A stretch of DNA of 64,000 nt from Puccinia triticina (taxonomy: Eukaryota), in NCBI GenBank assembly GCA_026914245.1, contig CP110439.1, positions 4,030,001-4,094,000 of the forward strand, written 5' to 3'. A program made the position numbers and the translations under genes. The notes below the pieces were generated by a model. The model was not told where the DNA came from. It did not search any database and saw nothing but the letters and a program-made list of their open reading frames with translations. The stretch's first letter is position 1; each line of letters begins with the position of its first letter. Shown piece by piece: positions 1 through 11,789 of this stretch.

Positions 1-184
1 TAGCGCAGCGTAGTGACTGTAGCGGCGCGCTAACACTAACAAACAATTGGGGCGCTGTTAGCGCTGTTGAAACGTAGCGCAGCGTAGCGGCGCTAACAGC
101 GCGCTAACGCTACTCAAAATGGGCGGGCGCTTTTTGCCGCTACGCTAACGCTAAGTGGCCCGGTAGCGTAGCGACCCACCGTTG
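1..184. repeat. End of a TAGCG/CGCTA-rich non-autonomous element, cut by the window edge
   Basis: Dense direct and inverted TAGCGC/GCGCTA/CGTAGCG motifs that stop abruptly near 184; similar motifs at 48355-48500, 53090-53532 and 63820-63990. Confidence 0.5.
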
Positions 185-959
185 ACCGGCGTTGTGTGAT
201 AGTTTGATTACCAATCCTCTTTGCGACAGCTGGTCAATGCAGTCTGATATCATCTTTGGTCGGTGCCTCCTAATACTATCACTCCATGAACTTCATCCAC
301 CGTGCAATTGGCCGGTTGTGGTTTCTTCTGGTGATTGTCCATGTCTGTTGTGTGACATTAACTATAATCCACATATTTCCCATAATAATTGCACCTCCCC
401 TTTTGAATAAATAATCATCTGGGAAGTACTCGATTGGAAGCAAAACCAAATGTCCAAGACTTTGCAATTGGTGTCGCCCAACATGCTCTTGCAAAGAAAT
501 GTGCCATTAAGACCGGATGACGGGTGGTGAGTGGAACACTGAGCTGAATGAGTGTGAACCCTTCTGGTGAGATTTGAAATGTTGTGAATGTTTTGGTTGC
601 ACCAAGGGTGGCTCTTGAAGTGCGGTCAAATTCTTGGCTTGAGCTACATGCGCTCGTGAAAGGAGTTTTGGGTCCAACAAAGCAACACGGAGACAAATGT
701 ATTTAGAACCTCTGAGTAAACCCAGCTTTGCAAAAGTGGCGCCTTTCAATAGGTTGAGAGCTGCTCATTATATTTACTAGCTGTTCGCAATTTACTGTTG
801 ACCAAGTTGGTAGACAGGCGCACATCATCAACATAATTCACTTGGTATGAATAATTCTGTTTCTAAAGTTCTATCCTGCTCATTTGAAATGGAAACCAGG
901 AACAATTGAAACAAAAAAGCAACCTGTAATGCAGAAAAGTAAACCAAAATGCCACAAGC

Positions 960-2650
960 CTACTCGCTCTCATTATTGGTTTCATCTTCAGAATCATCAC
1001 TATTGCTACTTCTGACCGCCAATTCCACTTGTTTTTTGCTATGCGTTGAAACTGTGGAGATGTTTGCATCAAGTTCAACTGCTTGCGTTTGTTCAATAGG
1101 TACCAGTTTTATCCATCCCTTTTGTAGCCCGCGTAGGATCTTCCAGGTCGGCTCTATCTTCATGCTTTTGATTGGCTTGTTCCGCAGGCATACTTCAACA
1201 TCCAGTGTGTTTGGCGCAACCACGAGTTTGAGCTTAAAGGCTGCGAGTCCTGCATCTGTGTTGGTACCAGGCCATCCCCGAGAGTCCCCCCCACTTGCAG
1301 CTAAAGGCTCAATTAGCTATGAATTTTGCGTGTTTGAACAGATATGAAGGGGTTTAATATGCTCACAAAAAATTTTCCCTAGTACTTTGGTTAGGTATCT
1401 CTTATTTCCAACAAGGCTTCCTGTTAAAGTGAATGGGAAGTAAGTTAAATGTCCTGCAAGAATATAAAGCCAAAAGTCATACCTCTGCAAACATCTGCAT
1501 ATTCTTTGAAACCAGCAGGTTTCCTTCTGTTATGGATAGTACGTGCCATGTTTGGAGCGTCCACGCTCGGAAGAACTCGGCCAGTATTCAAAGCGACCTC
1601 CGCGCTAGAACCAACCTCCGCGCTAGAACCAACCTCCGCGCTAGAACTGACCTCCGCGCTAGGACTGACCTTGGTGCTAGGAGCAACATCAGTGCTAGTA
1701 ACAACCAGCGGACTCGAACCATTTACCGTACTCAGACCATCTCTCAAACTTGTCCCAACATTGACACCTGGGACAACCTGGCAGCTAGAGCAAGATTGGT
1801 TGGTCGCGCCAATTTGTTTAGGAGCCCCCCCCCTCCCTTGTGTTCCTGCTGCGTACGAGTGGAACCCGCCAATCGGATCGCCCTTGTCCATGAGAGTTCG
1901 CAGGAACTGATTCGCAATGAAGCTTCCTCCCTGAGAAAAAAAATCTGCAGTGTGATCTTGTGATGCAAGTACGAGGAATCCTTCGATATGAGCCTCGTCG
2001 CTGAGTTCTTTCAACTTCAGCAAGTCAAAAAACAGAATAAAAACGGAAGGAATCAGAAACCAAACTGATCAGACTATTGATTGCAGAAGCTCAAGTCTCA
2101 CCTGGCGCTCTGTGGTGTCGCGCCATTTCCTGACATTGGTCATTACAGTCTGAGCGGATCTAACTTTCTTCTTCGCATCAAACCTCTCGTCCGATTCTTC
2201 AGTAAAATCTGGAGGCTTTGGAACAGTGGCTTTGTAAGTCATTGCGACGTCCTTGGTTCGCTTTGATAGATCCACACTGGCTGAATGATGTGGTTGATTT
2301 TAAATTAGCTAAGACACATGGTAATTTATGATTGAATCAAAATATGAGAAGATGACTTACAATCCTTAAATGTTTCTTTTGCTTTTGGATTCTTGGCCTT
2401 AGATTTGTTGCAGTGGTTCTTTCTTCGCGAGCGATTTTGCCCAAGGTACCGGGCTATAGAAGTCGCCGGTCTGGAAAACTTTAAACTGAGGAGTTGGATT
2501 TTTTTCTGATATTCAAAATAAAGCATCTCGGCCTCGGACTTGACTCTGTGGTTGAGGCGATGGAGCTTGATGTGGGTTGATTGAAGCTTACGGAGCTCGT
2601 AAAATGGAAGCTTTTCAAACTTAGCCATTGTTTCTGGAGGGGTGCAAAAC
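960..2650 (-). pseudogene. 3' part of a multi-exon lineage-specific hypothetical gene, interrupted by the Copia insertion
   Basis: Consecutive minus-strand coding-like segments: FAPPPETMAKFEKLPF (frame runs up to the LTR edge at 2650), DLSKRTKD...TERQ, LKELSDEAHIEGFLVLAS...(SSAEVG)n, GWPGTNT...LRGLQKGWIKLV, separated by short intron-like gaps. Confidence 0.55.
1597..1680. repeat. 18-bp tandem repeat, about 4-5 copies
   Basis: ACCTCCGCGCTAGAACCA-like unit; encodes SSAEVG repeats on the minus strand. Confidence 0.85.
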
Positions 2651-3289
2651 TGTAAAAATGGTAGAACGATTACTTTATTGCAACAGCTATGATAGATGAA
2701 GAACCCAATAAAAGTAATACACTTGAATGAAATAATAACAATGGTTAGAGGTTAATATAGAATGATTAATCTGAATAACAAAAATGAAATACCTCTAAGA
2801 TTTGGAATCGAAACAAAAAAGAAAATCGCAACGTGATCACTACGACGACGATAAATAACACACGGAGATTCACGACGAAACAGCCTGACAATAATAAAAC
2901 AAAGCTGGTCAATAACTTATTGATATATCGGATTTAATAGCTAATAGATCGAATACCTGCCCAGAAGCTGATTCTAGCTCCTCCTGAGTATTAGGAACCG
3001 GCGATGGTTGAGATCGATGTTTTGATTCGATTGAAATGCTTGATTGGTTAACAAAGAAGAATTTGCTTCGAGAGATGTTCGGTTATCGATGGATGAAGAA
3101 TGGAACAATGATAAGGAAAAGTAAAGGAAAAGGGAAGAAGATTTTTGTCGGCGGAGAGTAAGTTGCTGGTCTGGTTTTCAGCTTGAGTTGATCAATCGAT
3201 CGACAAGGTACTAGAATGACACATGTAACTGAACTGTATGCATATTGGCATGCATAGCTGCAACTCAATGTCCAAGTTTAAAACTGACA
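2651..3289 (-). repeat. 3' LTR of the Copia element (639 bp, TG...CA)
   Basis: Begins TGTCAG right after the polypurine tract AGGAGGAG; ends TTTTACA at 2651, same as the remnant upstream of the PBS. Confidence 0.85.
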
Positions 3290-3295
3290 CTCCTC

Positions 3296-6200
3296 CTAAA
3301 CACGCACATTGACCAAATGTAACTGTTTAAATGCAGACAGTAGCTTGACTTTTCCAAGTGGTTTTGTCAATATATCGGCAATCATGTCTCCCGTCGATAC
3401 TTGATCAACCAACAGAACCTTCATGAGTATCAATTGTCGAACATACTGAAAACGTATTTCAATATGTTTGGTGTTTGGGTTTAGCTGCGCTTCTTTCGAG
3501 ATTATCACCGCGCCGGAATTATCGTTAAACAAAATCGGCCTATCAATAACGATGTCGAGAGAACAGATCAGATTTGACATCCATCGGAGCTGTTTCGCAC
3601 ACTTGTTGATAGCAATAAATTCAGCTTTGGTCGTCGACTGAGCAACTACTGATTGTTTCTTCGTTGTCCAAGAGATAGGATTGCCGAAGAAAGTAATAAC
3701 ATGTCCTGACATTGACTTTTTGGTCACCAAAGACGTGCCGTAGTCAGCGTCCGCCCAGCCACACAAAGCATTGGACTGCAATCCGGCCGTGAAAAGAATG
3801 CCCATGTTGGCCGTGCCTTGAAGATATCGGAGAAGGTGTTTGATCATTGACCAGTGACACATGGAAGGGGAAGACAAAAATTGAGCCAAAATGTTTACTG
3901 TAAATGCAATATCTGGGCGAGTGTGAAGAGCGAGATAGTTAAGCATTCCAACAGCTTTTTGAATTGTCTTTACGTCAAATGGAGGTGAGTCTGAGGCAAC
4001 CACGCAATGAAAGTTCAAGGGAGAGGGCGCTTTGACTGTTGTAGAGTTTGACATTCCAAATTCATCAATGATTTTGTGCGCAAAATCCGATTGATGAATT
4101 AGCAAAGAACCGTCTGATCGCCAATCAAAAGTGTACCCAAGATGCTGACTTGGGCGCTCTTTGACTTTGAGAGTGTAAGATTTCTTCAAATTGTCGAGAA
4201 AACGGAGGATTGCACTGCGCGATTGACCAATTATCAATCCATCATCAACATGCATATGCAGGAGAATAGAATTGTTGACATTGTGAAACAAAGCATCATC
4301 CAGAATTGACGCCTCAAAACCAATCGATTTTAGTGTAGAGACCAAATGCGCTTTCCACATCCGAGGAGCTTGCTTTGTTCCGTACAAAGATTTGTTGAGC
4401 TTCCAAACCCAACCCTTCTTTCTCGGATCAGGATCCTCAAACCCAAGTACTTGAGCGACATAGATTGAAGCATCGATATTGCCATAGAGAAAAGCTGTTT
4501 CAACATCAAATTGAAACACACTGTAACCACGATTGACAACCAACGACAACATCATTTTCAGAGATTTGTTGCGTGCCACCAATGAATACGTCTCGAAGTA
4601 GTGAATCATATGTTCTTGATGATTCCCAAAGACTACCCATTGAGCTTTGTGGCGGATGACCTCCTTAAACTCGTTAAGTTTCCTCGTGAGCAACCACATT
4701 CCGCCAATAGTTTTGTCGTCTGAGGGAGGTGGTACCAGTGTACCGGTATTCTTACACTGCAGCGAATTGAACTCAGAAGTCAACACCATTTCCCAGTCTT
4801 TCAAGGCAGACTCATTGTTCATCGCATCGTTTATTGACACCGATTGAGTCAAACTGAGTTTGGGAAATTCGTCCGCAGAAGCAAAGCTCAAATCAGGCAG
4901 GCGTTGTTGCATCCGGCGAGAGCCCTCGACCATGTTAGAAGGGTCAATACTGGAGTTGATGTCCTTCGGCGCGAGTTGAGATCTTGAGCCCCACTTGTAC
5001 GTAAAGTGTTTGGTCGGCTGCTTAGAAGACGATGAAGAGTCATTGTGTTGAGAGTGAGTAGGGACATCCAATGACGGAGATGGAGGAAGCGGAGGAAGGA
5101 TAGGAGGCAGAGACAAAACAGTTGACGGCATTGAAGGAATTGAAGTTGATGTAGGTGGAGTAAGAGAAGCAACCCTGTGCGAGACTTTGCGCTTGGATTT
5201 GCTCGAAGCGCCAATTTCAATATGTTTGTTTAGCGGGTCGGGGTCTGCACATGATATGGGCAAAGTCGTAGACAACTTCATCATTGCAGACTTTGAGTTG
5301 TAGGGAAAGGAAAGAATGGATGGGGTAAAGTCCCGGCTGATAACCGTCCGGCGAGACAAGGGATCAAAAAACCGCATAGCATCTGATCGGGGCTCGTAGC
5401 CAAGGAATAGGAACGGTTTCGAGGGAGGAAGGACTTTGGAAGAGGGGGATTGGGTATGGACATATACTTTGAGGCCAAAAGGTAGTAACATGTGAACATG
5501 TCTTACTTGTTCTATCATGGCCTTCGACTCTATTAGGACCGAATTCAGAGAATGCCAGCTGAGTGCTGAGGTAGGAAGCATGTTGATTAGCGAAGAAGCA
5601 AATTTCGCCGCTTCATCCCAGTAGTTCAGAGGGACCGAGCATTGAGCCAACATACACCACATTTTCATCAACAGAGTTTGATTGAACCTCTCCGCCAAAC
5701 CATTCGTCTGAGGAGAATTCGCCGGTCCTTGCTCAAGAGAGATCCCTCGCTGAGTTAAGAATGACTTGAAAACGTTGGATCCGAATTCGCCACCACAATC
5801 CGTATGAAGAATCGAAGGAGTGACATCCAAATGGTTCTTGACTTCATTCAAAAATGACATAATGTTGTTCTCTGATTCCGATTTTTTCTGCATTAAGTAA
5901 ATCCGGTTAAATCGCGAGAAATCATTGATAAGAACCAGAATGTAGGCAAATGAGTTTCGAGAGTTTGGCGAAACCTGCAAAACATCCATGTGAATCATTT
6001 TGAATGGAGCAGAGGCATACGGAAGAGGATTGCTGTGTGAAGAACGCTTCAACTTAGCCATTCTACACACCTCACAATCCGATGACGACCCGGACTTGTC
6101 ATTCGGTTTAATCTTCATTAGCTCGAAAAACTTTTTGAGATATACGTCCGAAGGATGGCCAAGGATAATATGCCAATCTTTATTTGCATTGTTTTCTTTG

Positions 6201-6832
6201 ATTGAGAACAGAGACGATGATGTAACGACACTAGACCCCGATGACACGTATAAGTCTCTGGTTCGAGGAAATCGCTCAATGATTGTCGAGCCCATGTACA
6301 CTAAAAACAGTTTGTTTTTATTTACACAACGAAAGCCGTGATCCTCTAGCTGCGAGACTGAAATGAGATTACATTTGCCAGACGGAGCGAGGTAAACCAG
6401 AAAGATATTGTACTTCCCAAATCGCATAGATCCCATATGAGTGATTTCGACCGAGCCGGAATAAGTTTGCATTGACTTCGTGATAGGTTGAAGATTTGAT
6501 AATAATTGTTCTTCGGACACTGTCAATTTCGAGGCACCCGTGTCAAGAACCAAACGAATTCCTTCATTATCAATGGGACCAACATGAAATGTGTTCTTGT
6601 CTTCAACAAAGAATCCCGTATTTTCAAGGTTGTCAGGAGAAAGTTCAGATATTGCATCGGCCTCTTCATCATTTTCGTCGGATTCCTCAACAGAATTCAG
6701 TCGTTGGGATCGAAGTTTGATTAAGGATTCAATTAATTGATCTAATTCCTTATCGTTCATGTTGAGTGGTGAGGAAGAACTTGATGATGATGATTGTTGA
6801 TTTGAAGAGCGGTTCTTTGTTGGAACAACATT
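3296..6832 (-). CDS. pol: Copia pol region (protease, GAG-pre-integrase, integrase, reverse transcriptase, RNase H)
   Basis: LVLDTGAS; WH..LGHP...CEVC; HMD/TD.GGEF/NGLAER; LNKSLYGTKQAPR and HVDDGL; WADADYG, DNSGA, TKHIEIRF, IADILTKPL. The frame is open from 6832, right after the TGA ending the gag ORF. Confidence 0.92.
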   Translation of the reverse strand, partial: NVVPTKNRSSNQQSSSSSSSSPLNMNDKELDQLIESLIKLRSQRLNSVEESDENDEEADAISELSPDNLENTGFFVEDKNTFHVGPIDNEGIRLVLDTGASKLTVSEEQLLSNLQPITKSMQTYSGSVEITHMGSMRFGKYNIFLVYLAPSGKCNLISVSQLEDHGFRCVNKNKLFLVYMGSTIIERFPRTRDLYVSSGSSVVTSSSLFSIKENNANKDWHIILGHPSDVYLKKFFELMKIKPNDKSGSSSDCEVCRMAKLKRSSHSNPLPYASAPFKMIHMDVLQVSPNSRNSFAYILVLINDFSRFNRIYLMQKKSESENNIMSFLNEVKNHLDVTPSILHTDCGGEFGSNVFKSFLTQRGISLEQGPANSPQTNGLAERFNQTLLMKMWCMLAQCSVPLNYWDEAAKFASSLINMLPTSALSWHSLNSVLIESKAMIEQVRHVHMLLPFGLKVYVHTQSPSSKVLPPSKPFLFLGYEPRSDAMRFFDPLSRRTVISRDFTPSILSFPYNSKSAMMKLSTTLPISCADPDPLNKHIEIGASSKSKRKVSHRVASLTPPTSTSIPSMPSTVLSLPPILPPLPPSPSLDVPTHSQHNDSSSSSKQPTKHFTYKWGSRSQLAPKDINSSIDPSNMVEGSRRMQQRLPDLSFASADEFPKLSLTQSVSINDAMNNESALKDWEMVLTSEFNSLQCKNTGTLVPPPSDDKTIGGMWLLTRKLNEFKEVIRHKAQWVVFGNHQEHMIHYFETYSLVARNKSLKMMLSLVVNRGYSVFQFDVETAFLYGNIDASIYVAQVLGFEDPDPRKKGWVWKLNKSLYGTKQAPRMWKAHLVSTLKSIGFEASILDDALFHNVNNSILLHMHVDDGLIIGQSRSAILRFLDNLKKSYTLKVKERPSQHLGYTFDWRSDGSLLIHQSDFAHKIIDEFGMSNSTTVKAPSPLNFHCVVASDSPPFDVKTIQKAVGMLNYLALHTRPDIAFTVNILAQFLSSPSMCHWSMIKHLLRYLQGTANMGILFTAGLQSNALCGWADADYGTSLVTKKSMSGHVITFFGNPISWTTKKQSVVAQSTTKAEFIAINKCAKQLRWMSNLICSLDIVIDRPILFNDNSGAVIISKEAQLNPNTKHIEIRFQYVRQLILMKVLLVDQVSTGDMIADILTKPLGKVKLLSAFKQLHLVNVRV

Positions 6833-7570
6833 TCAAAATTTTTTGTCGACTGCCTTGAACTTTTCTTTGTTTGGTCGAACAAATGGCTTGGATGATAAGG
6901 CATTAATTGAACTTGATCCAATTGACCCAGCCTGTTCGATACGGTTATGTTCAGCATTCATTCGAATAGCAATTTTTTCGAATGTAAACGGATCCATATC
7001 GTAAAGAGTTTGAATAAGACCCGTCAAAGTATCATCAAATCGAAAACTCTTGAGAAAAAATATCCCAGCCATTGCAGTATCGACTTTTGTGTTTGGAATA
7101 GAGATTTGAGCTGATTTTAACGATGTGTACATAGATTGAAATTTACTGATATGATCTGCAATTGAGGTGCCAGGAACATAATCGAAATGAGTGAGTGAAT
7201 ATATTTTATCGCCAAGTTTGATCAGAGATCGTTTGCCGCATGCAAGAGCTAAACCTTCCATTGCTTTCGAAAACGTATCAACAGACTGCACGACAGATTG
7301 AAGATCGGCAGAGACACATAGCTCCAGGAGCGTATAAGCGTTTGATGTCTTCTTACGGAACCTTTTTTCTAGTTTGTGTTGTTCACACCAGATTGGATCA
7401 AACACTTCTTCATCTCCTCGACCAGTAATGAGATGCTTGAAGGACTTGTTCCACTCCGGCCAATTATCACGACAAAGCTTTGTGATACAACTTTTATCGC
7501 TTCGGTGATCATTGTCACTGTCGGAGGAATCATCGATTCGAGGATGAACGTTTTCCGGAAGATTTGCCAT
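6833..7570 (-). CDS. gag: Copia gag (UBN2-like), same frame as pol
   Basis: 245-aa ORF 60 bp downstream of the PBS; KL...NW.EW N-terminal motif; separated from pol by a single in-frame TGA. Confidence 0.8.
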   Translation of the reverse strand: MANLPENVHPRIDDSSDSDNDHRSDKSCITKLCRDNWPEWNKSFKHLITGRGDEEVFDPIWCEQHKLEKRFRKKTSNAYTLLELCVSADLQSVVQSVDTFSKAMEGLALACGKRSLIKLGDKIYSLTHFDYVPGTSIADHISKFQSMYTSLKSAQISIPNTKVDTAMAGIFFLKSFRFDDTLTGLIQTLYDMDPFTFEKIAIRMNAEHNRIEQAGSIGSSSINALSSKPFVRPNKEKFKAVDKKF

Positions 7571-7630
7571 CTCGGTTGTTCGTTATCTAAAGTGATTCTT
7601 ATTTTGAGTTCTTCTAGCTGTCAAGTAATT

Positions 7631-7643
7631 GCTCTCGCTACCA
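7631..7643 (-). other. Primer-binding site TGGTAGCGAGAGC
   Basis: Immediately follows the LTR end (TACA); begins TGGTAGCG like the tRNA-iMet PBS of yeast Ty1/Ty3. Confidence 0.8.
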
Positions 7644-7742
7644 TGTAAAAATGGTAGAACAATTACTTTATTGCAACAGCTATGATAGATGAAGAACCCA
7701 ATAAAAGTAATACACTTGAATGAAATAATAACAATGGTTAGA
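7644..7742 (-). repeat. Remnant (99 bp) of the 5' LTR
   Basis: Direct repeat of 2651-2749; identity ends abruptly at 7742. Confidence 0.88.
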
Positions 7743-8452
7743 ATCTCAGAAAGCTTTCCGATGTTGTCCGGCGGCGGGAGTGGTATATCATAAGAGGTAC
7801 TCGGTGGTTCACCATCATTATTGTTATCAATTTCACAATCATCAGAGGTGGTAGGTCTTGCACAATCATTCAAGATATCATCTTCTTTGCTATTTATTGT
7901 TTGTTTGCGCTTATTTTTTCCTTGTGATTGGGCGACAACAGGAACTGGATTTGGTCTTGGATTGGCTAAGTTATTGGAAGGTGCCGAGTTTGAAACATTA
8001 GACTGCTGGGCTGGAGCTGAAACCGGAAAGGGGTGCTGATTCCAAAGCAAATCTGGGTTCTGATGAGGATTCACGCCGGATATTGAGTTCAATGAGTTTC
8101 CCCAACATGACGAATTGGAATTGCTTGCGCAGCGGCTGTTATCAGAGTAGGGAAGATGGGAGAAATTGGGTGTATTTTCAAAGCGGCTAGGAGGAGGGTG
8201 TGATGGTTGAGAAGAAGAGATGGACGAATTGTAAAGCTGCTGAGACCAATAGTCTTGATGGTATTGGTATTGGCCATGTTGAACTTGCGTGTATTGATTG
8301 TATCCGCTTTGAGGACCAGCTGGATGAGGCATGGAATATTGGCCGTGATAATGATTGTAACTATATGCGCCAGACTCCGCTGTTGGTTTGTTCGGCATAG
8401 TATTTTGTGTTTGCGGGATTCCTAATTCGTGGTCGCTGAGAAGTGTTGACAT
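7743..8452 (-). pseudogene. Low-complexity (Q/S/P/N-rich) 5' part of the interrupted host gene
   Basis: 289-aa ORF 7583-8452 whose last ~50 codons come from the LTR remnant, PBS and leader; same strand as 960-2650. Confidence 0.5.
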
Positions 8453-9400
8453 CGTGTTACTAGAGGGCCAGGCTGATACGAGATGAGCTGAAGGATTGAG
8501 TGATCCGAAGGTGCAAAAGATGCGTTCTTTGTTGTGTGGTAATTTAGGCGTGTCAAATCAGTGTAACATAAACTGTGCAAACATACGCTAGCACGAGTTT
8601 GGAGTTCTAGGTCTGGTGCAGGGACACAGAAATGGAGTCGAGGGGGGCAGCTGGGATTTGGCAGGCGAACTCCGTGCAGCTCGAGCGGCTCTAAGCCGCC
8701 CGCCAATTCGGAGAAGGGCGTCTAAAGGGTGCCTTCCCAAACATCCGGGAACTCACCCTTTAGATGTCAGCTCTCCACTATCATAGGTGCCACTATCATA
8801 GGTGCTGCTGAGAAATAAATCAGAGTGCTTGAATTGCACCTTGGCATGCATTTGAATTATACACTCCCATTACCAAGCTTGAATGTAACTTGAACTGCAT
8901 GGCTGCAGCTTTTGGTTGTCAGGTATTTGGTTTGCGATTAAAGCAACAGCACTGGTCACCTTCAGGTTTTTCATCCAGCCTGGTCCTGCGGACCTGCTTG
9001 GTAGGCATTCTGCTTTCCGCACATGCTGTTGTAAAACAAAACGCCGTTGTTCATGCATGGGTAAGGACTGAGTCACTACTCGCAAAGGTTTCTTCATTTT
9101 AACACATCGATTTATGCGAGTAACGCGAGCGAGAAATCCTCATAACCAGATGTGACAGTACAATCGAGAGAGTTCATTTCTAGTATTGGCGGAGAGCTAA
9201 TATACCCATTAGCTGCGCCCAGGTCAAGTGCTACATACACAAAAAAAGCCACGCATGTGAGACAACAGCAACGTCTATTTTGGTTGATAATATCGAAGAA
9301 TGTTACACTGTAGAGGGAAAATCAATCTGGGTGCACGTTGGAACAAGTAATACCGGTGGCTTAAGCAATCTCGGCCGGTCCAATGAGATCGATGTTGAGG

Positions 9401-11255
9401 TTATAATTTGGATTTGGGGTCAGCTTCTATGCGAAGGATGGCTTTTGCGAGGACCTTGCGCGATCCCAAGTCTTTCAAGCCTTGGGGCAATTCTGCCAAC
9501 CCGTTATAAATCTTCGTGTGCAAGACTGGTCGGATTTGACCTCGACTGATCAGTTCCAGTAGAGCTGCCCATACTTTGACCGATTCATTTCGATCCCTCT
9601 TCACTTGGGCACCCTGGCAATCACAATGTGTTAAATTTGGATGATTCCAGTCAAAAAAAGGTTTTCATGTGAAACGTTGCCATGGATTATACATGATGCT
9701 TACCCAAAAGATGCCTGTCACCGTTGCATTTTTCAACAATAGAAGGTTGGCTGGGATCTTATCAATTTGCCCTCCTGTGTTGATCAAGAAAGTAGCCAAA
9801 ATGTCAGAAATTGTTCATTTGTCGTCAAGTAAGCTAAGTAAGTTATTAGATCGCTAGATCGCAGGGATAGTTCTGCATCTGTTGAACGTTGGCTGGGCTT
9901 ATTCTCCCGTGTCGCTGTGACGACTGATTGCAAACTCAAAGACTTACCAGCAAAGCCAACAACCACTAGCCTACAATCCCATGCAGCAACTTTTAGAGAT
10001 TTCTAGTAGGAATAGGGTACAATTTGAATGCAGTTTGTACAAAACAAAACTCAGCAGATTCGACAAAAAAGGCTCTGAAAACCTGAATGGACATCGGGTA
10101 ATCTTACATTGAGAAGTCCCACTGGATCAAAGACGACGTCAACACCTTTGCCTTTGGTAATTTTCAGCACCTGAGCTTGCCATTCCAACATGGTAGACTT
10201 CTTCTTTGCGCCGCCTGCGCTCGAAGCCGGAGTATCATCATAGACTAATGTGAAATCTGTATCAGATAGTCCTCCATATTGGCGAACGAAGTCCAGCTTT
10301 TCTTGTGAAGAGGCAGTCGCAATCACCCTGGCTCCCACGGCTGATAATGAAGTAGATAGTTGACAAGTTGATGAGCATCAGTTTAAAAATCTGGTGATCA
10401 CCATCAACATCAAAAAATAAGCCTTTTTCAATCGATTCAAAACTTCACCTTTAGCGATTTGGACAGCAGCGATTCCTACACCACCAGCAGCAGCATGTAC
10501 TAAACACCATTCTCCTTTTTGTAATTTGCCTCGGTTGATTAAAGAGGCGTAAGAGGTCCTAGGAGATCGAAAGCAAATGATATTTGGACAATATTGAAAG
10601 TTTATAATTTCCGTAGCGATCGGATGAGCCACCAGTGTTACCTTAACTTACGGGTACGTGATAAAAATCGCAGCCGAGTGCTCGAAGTCCAATCCAGGAG
10701 GAATTTCGATCAACTGGTCCCAGGCGACACATGCCTTGGTGGTAAAACAGCCCTGAAGAAGATGTTGTTTGTCGAATTAACGACAATGTCGAGTTGGTTT
10801 TATTTGTAAGATCGCTGCTTACTTGGGTCGACCCAAAGACTCTAGTTTTACCGGGAACGAAGGGACATCCTTTGGGGATCGGACTATTGTGTGAAATCAC
10901 GCCGGAAAGCTCTGCTCCTGGAATAAACGGGAAGGGTGGCTGGTCTTGATAAAGTCCTCGAACTTGAAGCGTGTCAAAAAAGTTCATTCCGGCACACCTG
11001 CAATGCATCGATCCTCAGCATCCCTATAAACTGGATGAATCGAAGAGAAGAACTGGAACTCAGAGAGACTTACTTGACGTCCACTAGGACCTGATTCTCA
11101 GCTGGCTTGGGGTCTGGTAGCTGCCTGTATTCCTGTTCGAATAAATTCCTAACCCAAATACCGAACAGGAGAAGAAAACATCAAGATCCTCACGTTAGAC
11201 ATCCTGAAAGTTGATCGAGGCTTTCCAAGTTCTGTTTGATCTGATAAGCGTGCAT
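9401..11255 (-). CDS. NADPH:quinone oxidoreductase, zeta-crystallin-like MDR family (multi-exon)
   Basis: Start MHAYQIKQ at 11255; AGMNFFDTLQVRGLYQ..PPFPFIPGAELSG; LVHAAAGGVGIAAVQIAK; KGVDVVFDPVG; LLLKNATVTGIFWG; GT-AG introns. Confidence 0.9.
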
Positions 11256-11789
11256 GTCGTTCGGATGGTGTGCGTTGAATGTATTCTGTGAGGTTTGCTG
11301 CTTGTTGTGCTGTGTTATGAACTTGTGGCTACGGAAACGACGATGACATCACTTCAACCCCGCCCGGCTGGCACAGGCTGGCACAGGTTTGACACGCGAG
11401 CTCGTCCAATGCACGTCATCAGTCATTCGCCTTTGGGCCTGTCACATTAATGCCCCTATTGTCTGCCAACGTCATCTCATCATAAATTTGGCGGGGACTC
11501 AATCAATCTCACGCACACATCTCTGGATGAATTTCTATGATGGCCGAAGCCTCCCCATCCCAATGCTATTTCCATCTGAATATGTCCAACCCATCTCCTT
11601 GATTCACAATGACATTTGTAAGATCATGAAATTGGATTATGTATAATTGAGCAGAAGAAATTATCTAGCCAGATGGAAAAACTATGTAGGATTGAAAAAA
11701 TGTGTGTTTTCTCTAGCCTGTTGGTGCAACTTGCGGAGCGGCGAAGTCGTTAAGCCGCCCTGCAGGACACCAAAGGAGAGCCTTATTTT

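Larger units (their letters stand above)
2651..7742 (-). mobile_element. Ty1/Copia LTR retrotransposon with truncated 5' LTR
   Basis: gag-PR-IN-RT-RH order; 2651-2749 matches 7644-7742 with one mismatch; PBS at 7631-7643; PPT at 3290-3297. Confidence 0.93.

Noticed and set aside
1433..1963. Plus-strand ORFs with RARTNL or TSALEP repeats
   Set aside because: Shadows of the 18-bp repeat; neighbouring exons favour the minus strand.
8777..8806. 15-bp direct duplication CACTATCATAGGTGC as TSD or operator
   Set aside because: Adjacent copies with no element between them; could be slippage or an excision footprint, no further support.
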